DNA from: Thermoplasmata archaeon
Lineage (GTDB): Archaea > Thermoplasmatota > Penumbrarchaeia > JAEHCK01 > GCA-020356005
Direction of reading: 5' to 3'
Length of the DNA stretch: 27,176 nt
Assembly (NCBI GenBank): GCA_020356005.1
Contig: CP070629.1
Coordinates: forward strand, 829,558 to 856,733
Shown: in pieces, positions 9,001-12,532 of the stretch
Position numbering within the stretch: position 1 is the first letter of the stretch
Layout of the letters: each line of letters starts with the position of its first letter
Made by a program: the position numbers and the translations under genes
The notes under the pieces: model-generated
What the model saw: only the letters and a program-made list of their open reading frames with translations
What the model was told of the DNA's origin: nothing
The model's database searches: none

Positions 9001-11541
9001 GGTAGTACGAATTCCGAGCGAACATTTGCAATGTGGATGAAGCCATGGGATAATAAAATCCATGCCCGGATAAGCACCACACACAACGTGAACGAGGGAT
9101 TTGACAGCAAGGCATACCTCCAGTTGAACTCATGGACACATGTCGCTTATGTTAAAGACGGAAACACGCTCAGTCTATACCTGAACGGTAAACTTGATAC
9201 CAAGTACACATTGGTTGGTTCTGTTGTTAACAATTCGGGACCGCTGTACATAGGGAAGGACATGTGGTACAATGGCGTTAACAGCCACATCGATGAATTG
9301 TGTCTTTACAACCGCCCCATTTATGAAGATGAGATAAAGCTGCACTATAAGAGCGGTGTAATGGAAGCTTCGGACAGGAACGCTTTCAAGCTGGGTTATT
9401 ATTCGGATTCCGGAAATGACCTGTATGCTGTGGTGAATTTTGAAAGCCAGGATGACGGCAACAGCTACCAGAAGGTTTTAAAGCTGCCCGCTGACGGCAA
9501 CTATCTAGATGTGGAACATCTGTTTGCATATTACTGGCCCGAGGGTACAACTTTAAAGATCTCGCAGGAGCCTAATTTGCAGTTCTCCGGTACGGAATAC
9601 TTCAGTTATAACGGCCCGAGACCCACCACTTTGCCTCTGGAGACCACCGTTAACGGTGTGGATTGCGCGGTACTTTACAACAGAGGTGCGGGAGTCACTT
9701 ACGATGTGGTTTTAAACGATGCGAACTTCTACAAGATCTTCATTACGGCCCAAAACTGTCCCAAGTCCGAAGCCGGCGATATAAAGCTCAGGCTGCATCT
9801 GCACTACTGGACCGGCAACCCGGCACACAAAGATTCGTTCGGTAACGTTGGATGGAAGACCAACGACGAGTCACCGAAGGATTTTGTATGGAGCGAGCGA
9901 AATGAGGAATTTGATACCAAGGAGTTCAGGCTGATACTGTCACCTGCAGGTCATTATCACATAACAATAGAGAACCTGCACGATTATTATACAAAAGATT
10001 ATGACAAGAACGCGTATATATCCGAAGTAGCGATCCGCCCGACATATGCTCTTGATATGGAAAAGCAGAAAGTAGATGAGAGCCAGATGCTGGCAAGCGG
10101 AGAGGCGGGCACACGGAGCATAAGCACCAGCAGCCGTGTGGGCGAAGATGGACCCATCGGCAACCGCAACTGTGACCTCGGTGTTCGACCCAAGAAGGTG
10201 CCGGATGAAACCATGGACTATACGTATAACGAGGTCCCCATCCCGATGTTCGGCGCCAACTACGATATGGGCAGCCCGGGCATAGAAGCTGGCGGCAGCC
10301 TACCTGTAAAATTCGGTGACCATGTAGGATTGGAAATAGAATTCGGTTTAGAGATAGATCCTACTACGGGACTGCTTCAAAAGATCTCTATCGGTATCAC
10401 ACTGGGTATCGAGGGTGAGATAGGCGGGATAGTTAAAATCGCCGCCAAGATACAGGTCCAGATAGAATTCGATGATATACTTAACACCAGCAAACCCTTT
10501 ATTGAGAAATTCAAATGGTCTGTTACTGTTGAGATCGAGGTGGGTTTCGAGATAGGTAAATTGATCTGGAAAGCGCCCATAAGCTTCGAGGTGCCGAAAC
10601 CTGGAGGAAAAGAGGGTGAAGATGAATCTCTATTGGCATTGAAACTCTGCCTGTGGATAGAGCTCGGTTTCAAGATAAGTCTGCACAGCGGAGCGAACGC
10701 CGGTGACGTCCAGATAACAGCGGGAATCTACGGCGGCATTAAATTCGAGGTCAAGTTCGAGGTCAAGATCACTCCTGATATCTTGAAGGGATTAACGCAA
10801 AAGAGTACAGATATGAGAAAGGAGAACACCAAGGCGTTAACCGATCACGCCGACCAGTCCCAGAAGGCAGAGGAATTAGAGGAAAAGCGCGAGAACAAAA
10901 TCAAGGAAATGCAAAAAGACAATAAAGATAAACCGCGCGAAGAGATCGAGAAGTTAGTAGACGAATCGCCAATGGGAAAACAGTATGCCGAGGAGCAGAA
11001 AAAGAAAGAGGATTCGTTCGCGAACCTGATGAAAAGCAGTAAAAAGTTGAGCGAATGTAATAAGTTTAAGGATATATTCGAAAAGGTTTTCGGGAAGGGC
11101 TTCAAGGATTTCCCGACCTTCCTTGAGATAGAGTTCACCATAAATTTTGTTATCGGCCTCCGCCTGGGTGTAAGCACACAGGTAGCGCCGTTCTCGCCTA
11201 CCGGTCCATACTGGAAACTGCTGTTCTACACCGAGTTCTTCTTCGCGGCTGAAATATCCTTTAAAATAATTATCAATATCTGGATCATTAAACTGGAATT
11301 CCCCATAGGCTTCAAGTTCTGGATCGACAAGATCTTCTGGATGAACAAGGTCAATATAATCGGTGCATCAGAATGGGATGACGACGGCGTTATGGGTCAG
11401 TTCATGTTCAAATGCCGCGAAAATATAGATGATGAGACCAAGGACATGATGCTGCCCGCACCCATAGGAGACGATTCAGGCTTCGAAGTGGTGTTCCTGT
11501 GGTTTAAGTTCAAGTTCTCGTTTTGTTTGGTATCTACTTGA
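1..11541 (+). CDS. Giant membrane-anchored multi-lectin surface protein (5'-incomplete, at least 3,846 codons): BNR/Asp-box-like repeats, TM hairpin with poly-E/K loop, 3x LamG, FBA, 2x PA14, CARDB-like Ig folds, C-terminal amphipathic beta-strand module
   Basis: The frame is uninterrupted from nt 1 to the TGA at 11539-11541. Codons 1-9 (acc ccg ata) contain no stop, so the TTG at nt 10 in the ORF track is probably not the real start and the gene likely continues upstream. Recognisable motifs occur along the whole length: SSDGLNW Asp-box, GEYYDN...SVRWTG PA14 signatures, LamG 'IDDVRIS/IDELCLYNR' endings, and an FBA signature. All antisense ORFs inside it look like shadow ORFs. Confidence 0.9.
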   Translation, partial: TPILNDDEDNDYEPSLLYTADEFLLVWVSNEFDQYTFMGSTDENLITYSVSSDGLNWNDPESVHPRYCQESTPYLSVDSIGRILLTWSSDRMDFEEAEDERDHDKDIWYSTYAAGEWAVPSALTSDPANDESPSMFQKGNGDYWTVWSRDDRIFYSTTDELPPPVNAFGSAINVPIDRWREEFDYTYEDEISNTFWIYNYGERDLTGKITASQGFTLNKFEFAIAPGENISFTVTLNAKDEGRYLGVVEILSNDEIAPRISIPLYVKITSSEFEESEKDIGEGVGPEEEEAEEEGEEDFQRVLILLTALVIILLLIFIVMRREEKKAAEEKKKEDEEEEEEKEEEEGEEKEGEEGEEEGEGEEEEEGGEEEEGESKGEEGSEVEEDAASDEDVKTEEKEPEDKGAAKAKPKRKRAVKPLMVFGAFFSIMILLLSNCSGAANMMVLAQDSDIPQSEIPKISENDPGEFWTWVPYYDQSGEESNLEMHSEYYDDEGTYPPDWVEYGSSLSLRQLVEMPFPVEKLRFWMRHDEGSGPVGVEITENVSSKVAAGTEYFWADYSSSSYDWCEVNVSTSKITNVLGGGSYYIHLTPPMDILTEGEMYGVNRIGTVKLNDTPIPPAHIVYKTLYDAEVDFAQRGTDKYQHIFWTSKIDDTVLIDEFFMDYDYYDDLNPQYMSDSLWYTDNDFNMKMELYIKAEMFNSANVFQPSYPGYENAEIAGKINIVNPFSDQENFTVRVGLLGPDGTEYNVLNEEHKIKYGTNLQLDYSYFTEAKLPAGDYNVLAGIYLTDIYEGEYLVMADKWGDTDYELEKTKFSIINTTPIMDVTLIDKLKSDVVDGKIPVYYLKCSDAPGHKPPRSIQSEMDNIQERFDSLESVLGVDFEHKDITSTREFLELVESDVKDAIVVNYHSDLLPIPSSFARGEYVDLNTIVRYYFDENNGTTVYDRSKYINDADFVGNPAWTQEKYQGASALYFDGSNDMLEIDDDITLKTPRFTIQFWLYLNKEYTSGVQSILSYAGSKGGYEINLNQTSSNAPNQIEFSISHNSSWHHISGMSLEVNKWYRITAILNDTEASLYVGWEETKKKRRSEVTIQVDELQGKIELGGISFSDTSLTIGGSKLDTTRNIEMYIDDFILTNDVRLPQEYTEGHPEDGVNWVKRVGKWIADSGIVFVNTRYSPFTAVGNTDKNWPYNRISLGAEGFGNILETRSVDATIYKDTWLENIKTDKTPEAANIQTILSAWGIPFPDSFESAQTYMTLDSELEPFCIPLYKTADNEITHAMIFYGKGAIMYNGLNNPDAALIAGTAGWYTAKNIQPLYFIDCSDAPKSSSSKDYVTELKSSFDKLQADTGIQFYYITISSTDQFYQLINSNVRDIIVVNTHGEYLPMPANYISGACVDDKTNALLGFEEGSDISAFDISGNYNDGLIVGATWSTNAHYGDYALDFDGNDFVVLTRTPKLSPKTFTIECSVYLKQDYDNKSAAIISNEFHRDSEPGEEYTHTYGYSLYINSNYTTLNRLVFSLGTKLPEVEPLYFDSLEKERWYRLAATYDGRYMKLYVNYEEVASKVAYGLHPETLNNLQIGKCPRYDYPINAIIDDVRISEGALSPDQMLIDVVSHKLCLEDLNRWISESSIIWTNIEGYDFLYLGLKDQDWPDDRVNIGYDGLSEFSEIGLPPLELNTRSNTCTLTDVGDKIDTDLASMILKSSFQSTANIPASYDMFTIPIYSNDNAVSHGVIPIGKGKFIHTGTYDADLVASTAAWFFTKGNVQMIFLVDIPATVGGTDPLVVESQHPYPTRFGTSENLIDNPGAESGSMSGWKVLLHGGNGWRVQGGSYDGEKHFRTSFNWCKRYQEIDLLAEGYTTDELNAKPTIYAEEWFHGSWPNYGDYYYLKVELRDANHKAISTYNSGVQRATNSWQKLSHTFSEYGAGVRYIYWEDGGDDAEYWWGYYGVMIDGAFLTIDTAELDDTWVFYKPDVSRIRVHFEKYEIGSTGDYIKVLNKNDCELARYSGFDSSGMWTPWCEGDTVKLKMVTGSGRHYWGFKVNKIEYLTDGVSPIHPYGKAELINKLTNLENTMDTICIFNEITSTAEFEKLVESRLESPMVINLHGDAVPVPDSYLTGGASATIPPLGYSPGGVKGEYYDNEGFTNLKETRVDNEINFYWKYGRPVGSVHGDTFSVRWTGMLRVDFSEEYTFHVQTDDGTRFWIDKNMDGDFDDAEELVIDTWKLQAPTWHQGKIKLTPGFYNIKYEYYEHYGYAVAKLFWSSKNIKKSAVPGENLYSNLATPAGYTSGGLEGEYYDNADLKYLKTKKVDSTINFNWGTESPDAAVDPDTLSIRWTGMVKIDETGEYEFSVNTDDGSRLWVNNQQIINSWKDQSAPTEYSGKISFTKPGFYDITYEYFKNTGSATAQLYWKTPSMTQDGEQKVIIPSDHLFNRGGIFRYAQEWLNELGDWVAQNGVVYANTKDYPFQYAIIDNPPPDSGNLWFIGEEGFSEFLSPRSESVTLARYEEGLGMGNLTPNGRALRDYLPARTLPNYVTDVPYPLPSDYDCIPIFRDKDNRDITHGIIPFGRGAYIHCGGFSVDALTAMCFMYSSKRDDMRFIGEVYYKGETVWTQVQVRNDYPMEMTYDFELVTHFPEEGLRSRRMTDSEIVTLQPGEEKTIYLSWTPIQPDKIGKYSLVVQVIDLERHTLVEIWGNDIENESISISVEVGAYISQLKTSDYLGYFDTVEVEVTITNEMYIDNLFIVSGIFQNKINKHVYWTEEEELPEYEAEGGMDTTVTVVWHPSQHNYPNQTFELGIYQGTIFLEDVASAYCIPDKSYKTGEPKYFRVKKIIDQSSTEFRIVGQLEINFPKDIGTWSISYHGELGPYFPINPQVRDVVRVFDPEYDIWIRRDSRLELEPEREPGGMIGYWKFDESVWTVDAGQVTDSSGNGHHGTAYNGANTVQYSRFGRSAAFNGQNYVVIPAHDDINVGNNNANFSVEFWFFLKQGPIRYWRNIMHKGSTNSERTFAMWMKPWDNKIHARISTTHNVNEGFDSKAYLQLNSWTHVAYVKDGNTLSLYLNGKLDTKYTLVGSVVNNSGPLYIGKDMWYNGVNSHIDELCLYNRPIYEDEIKLHYKSGVMEASDRNAFKLGYYSDSGNDLYAVVNFESQDDGNSYQKVLKLPADGNYLDVEHLFAYYWPEGTTLKISQEPNLQFSGTEYFSYNGPRPTTLPLETTVNGVDCAVLYNRGAGVTYDVVLNDANFYKIFITAQNCPKSEAGDIKLRLHLHYWTGNPAHKDSFGNVGWKTNDESPKDFVWSERNEEFDTKEFRLILSPAGHYHITIENLHDYYTKDYDKNAYISEVAIRPTYALDMEKQKVDESQMLASGEAGTRSISTSSRVGEDGPIGNRNCDLGVRPKKVPDETMDYTYNEVPIPMFGANYDMGSPGIEAGGSLPVKFGDHVGLEIEFGLEIDPTTGLLQKISIGITLGIEGEIGGIVKIAAKIQVQIEFDDILNTSKPFIEKFKWSVTVEIEVGFEIGKLIWKAPISFEVPKPGGKEGEDESLLALKLCLWIELGFKISLHSGANAGDVQITAGIYGGIKFEVKFEVKITPDILKGLTQKSTDMRKENTKALTDHADQSQKAEELEEKRENKIKEMQKDNKDKPREEIEKLVDESPMGKQYAEEQKKKEDSFANLMKSSKKLSECNKFKDIFEKVFGKGFKDFPTFLEIEFTINFVIGLRLGVSTQVAPFSPTGPYWKLLFYTEFFFAAEISFKIIINIWIIKLEFPIGFKFWIDKIFWMNKVNIIGASEWDDDGVMGQFMFKCRENIDDETKDMMLPAPIGDDSGFEVVFLWFKFKFSFCLVST
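904..1302 (+). other. Internal transmembrane hairpin: TM1 (VLILLTALVIILLLIFIVM), ~95-aa poly-Glu/Lys loop, TM2 (MVFGAFFSIMILLLS) that resembles a signal peptide
   Basis: Two hydrophobic ~19-aa and ~16-aa stretches sit at nt 904-960 and 1258-1302. Both have basic residues on the loop side (RREEKK after TM1, KAKPKRKRAVKP before TM2). The loop is an almost pure purine (GAR) tract on the + strand. Confidence 0.75.
2791..3432 (+). other. LamG/concanavalin-A-like lectin domain 1 (Laminin_G_3-like)
   Basis: YYFDENNGTTVYDRS...ALYFDGSNDMLEI...FTIQFWLYL...WYRITAI...LYVG...MYIDDFILTN. This is the pattern typical of LamG_3 domains in prokaryotic surface proteins. Confidence 0.75.
4204..4827 (+). other. 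LamG/concanavalin-A-like lectin domain 2
   Basis: LLGFEEGSDISAFDISGNYNDGLIVGATW...ALDFDGNDFVVL...FTIECSVYL...WYRLAATYDGRYMKLYVN...IIDDVRISEGALSPDQM. Confidence 0.8.
5401..5877 (+). other. FBA domain (F-box-associated / Fbs1-FBXO2 type sugar-binding domain)
   Basis: NLIDNPGAESGSMSGWKVLLHGGNGWRVQ...FRTSFNWCKRYQEIDLLAEGY...YYLKVELRD...WQKLSHTFSEYGAGVRYIYWEDGGDDAEYWWGYYGVMIDGA. This aligns block for block with my recollection of the FBXO2 sugar-binding domain: NLLRNPCGEEDLEGW...HGGDGWRVEE...FASSFEWCRKAQVIDLQAEGY...YELTVKLL...WMEISHTFTDYGPGVRFVRFEHGGQDSVYWKGWFGARVT. Confidence 0.8.
6397..6795 (+). other. PA14 domain 1
   Basis: GGVKGEYYDNEGFTNLKETRVDNEINFYW...DTFSVRWTGMLRVDFSEEYTFHVQTDDGTRFWID...GFYNIKYEYYEHYGYAVAKLFWSS. 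This is the canonical PA14 signature. Confidence 0.9.
6868..7245 (+). other. PA14 domain 2
   Basis: GGLEGEYYDNADLKYLKTKKVDSTINFNWG...DTLSIRWTGMVKIDETGEYEFSVNTDDGSRLWVNNQQII...GFYDITYEYFKNTGSATAQLYWKTPS. Confidence 0.9.
8725..9360 (+). other. LamG/concanavalin-A-like lectin domain 3
   Basis: GYWKFDES...VTDSSGNGHHGTAYNGA...AAFNGQNYVVIP...FSVEFWFFL...WTHVAYVKDGNTLSLYLNGKL...LYIGKD...IDELCLYNRPIYEDEIKLHY. Confidence 0.85.
10234..11538 (+). other. C-terminal amphipathic beta-strand module (two blocks) split by a ~105-aa K/E-rich coiled-coil-like insert (nt ~10801-11118)
   Basis: There are runs of strict hydrophobic/polar alternation: GLEIEFGLEID, ISIGITLGIEGEIGG, IQVQIEFD, WSVTVEIEVGFEIG, LCLWIELGFKISLH, IKFEVKFEVKIT, LEIEFTINFVIGLRLGV, EISFKIIINIWIIKLEF, FEVVFLWFKFKFSF. 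I do not recognise a family signature. Confidence 0.6.
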
Positions 11542-11570
11542 TGATATAATTACGATTGGTTATTGCTACC

Positions 11571-11678
11571 AGAAAGGCGACTAACGGTGTGCGGTTGCGA
11601 GGGGCGTACCGGTTAACGGCAAGCGTCTAGCGTACCGTCAAGCGGTAGTGTCTGGCGTTTTGTCTCTCGCAATCCGAC
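11571..11678. repeat. GC-rich inverted-repeat element, copy 1 (degenerate right arm), 30 nt downstream of the giant ORF stop
   Basis: It starts AGAAAGGCG. The left arm GGTGTGCGGTTGCGAGGGGCGTACCG (11586-11611) matches the reverse complement of the copy-2 right arm at 23/26 positions and the copy-3 left arm at 22/26. The right side retains CTCGCAATCCG. Confidence 0.75.
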
Positions 11679-11744
11679 TTACCAAATTAGTGATTTTATT
11701 ATTCAATTGGTAAGGATTTATAAAAATTTGCCAAAACTAATAAA

Positions 11745-11778
11745 TATTATGGTAAATATATATAATATTGTGGTAAAT
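11745..11778 (+). promoter_or_regulatory. Candidate operator/promoter of the VapBC-like pair: two 13-nt direct repeats (TATTATGGTAAAT / TATTGTGGTAAAT) 21 nt apart within an A/T-rich TATA-like tract
   Basis: The repeats are at 11745-11757 and 11766-11778 and match at 12 of 13 positions. The second ends at the proposed TTG start. AbrB/SpoVT-type antitoxins typically autoregulate through repeated operators. Confidence 0.35.
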
Positions 11779-12029
11779 TGGAATTTATTAAAATCGACCA
11801 AACGGGTAAAATCTACCTGCCTAAAGTCATACGAAACAAAATAGATACCCGCAGTAAATATTTGGTAATTACCCTGCCGGACGGCGATGTGATTCTTCAT
11901 AAAATTAAAAGGTCAAAGAATCCTATACGTGATTTTCAGAAAGCATGGTCCACAGGAAAGGATATTGCAGAGATAAGAAAGGATATTCTGGATGAAGCCG
12001 TTAAACTTGCTGGAGAACGCGGTGATTGA
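11778..12029 (+). CDS. AbrB/SpoVT-fold antitoxin (VapB-like)
   Basis: The N-terminus (M)EFIKIDQTGKIYLPKVIRNKID...LVITLPDGDVILHKI is the swapped-hairpin AbrB/MazE/SpoVT motif. The gene is 83 aa, lies directly upstream of a PIN gene and overlaps it. The start is a TTG and is uncertain. Confidence 0.75.
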   Translation: MEFIKIDQTGKIYLPKVIRNKIDTRSKYLVITLPDGDVILHKIKRSKNPIRDFQKAWSTGKDIAEIRKDILDEAVKLAGERGD

Positions 12030-12408
12030 GTTGTATGCCGATACCGATTTTTTTCTGGCATTAATAAAAAAAGATGATTGGTTGAAGAAACGGGCGGAAA
12101 AACTTTATAAAAAACATCAAAATGAATTGTGGACATCTACATTGACTATTAAAGAATTAATGCTTTTAGCATATCGTGATAATAAGGATGTTACAGATAT
12201 TATCGAAAAAGCTTCCGCTTTAATGCCGGTTAAGGAGGTAGATATCGGTGTGGAAGGGCATATTGCCGCCAGCTTTTTAATTAAAAAATATAAAATGACG
12301 CCCTTCGATGCATTACATGCAGTTATTTGTGATAATGATTCAATTATCAGTTCAGATAAAAAATATGATTTGATAGGGCTCAATAGAATTACGTTAGAAA
12401 AAGAATAG
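12022..12408 (+). CDS. PIN-domain ribonuclease toxin (VapC-like)
   Basis: It carries the N-terminal acidic motif YADTDFFLAL and the later FDALHAV and ISSDKKYD motifs typical of PIN domains. I prefer the GTG at 12022: GGAGAA lies 4-5 nt upstream, it overlaps the antitoxin stop by 8 nt, and the first conserved Asp falls at residue 7-9. The ORF-track ATG at 11992 is the alternative. Confidence 0.75.
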   Translation: MIELYADTDFFLALIKKDDWLKKRAEKLYKKHQNELWTSTLTIKELMLLAYRDNKDVTDIIEKASALMPVKEVDIGVEGHIAASFLIKKYKMTPFDALHAVICDNDSIISSDKKYDLIGLNRITLEKE

Positions 12409-12532
12409 ATAAAACTGAGATTGGGAATCCGAACCAATTTTTCTCCAAATTTATAAAAACAACAAAGAATTTAATAGTCTATAATGCAATAATGTGGGTA
12501 ATCTTCCGATTATATTCATGGAGCTCTTTGTG

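Noticed and set aside
296-10673. About 35 short ORFs (60-130 aa) in other frames or on the other strand within the giant gene
   Set aside because: All are embedded in a long frame that carries recognisable domains throughout. Their compositions (Arg/Ser/Pro-rich) are typical of off-frame translation, and none has a recognisable motif.
10234-11541. Calling the C-terminal beta-strand module a type V autotransporter barrel
   Set aside because: The other signals in the window point to an archaeon without an outer membrane. The protein does not end in the canonical terminal aromatic residue, and a long coiled coil interrupts the strands. It is reported as an open question instead.
11992-12021. 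ATG at 11992 as the PIN toxin start (ORF-track coordinates)
   Set aside because: It would add 10 residues before the conserved N-terminal Asp and create a 38-nt overlap. The GTG at 12022, with an upstream GGAGAA and an 8-nt overlap, fits PIN and toxin-antitoxin conventions better. This is not excluded without experimental data.
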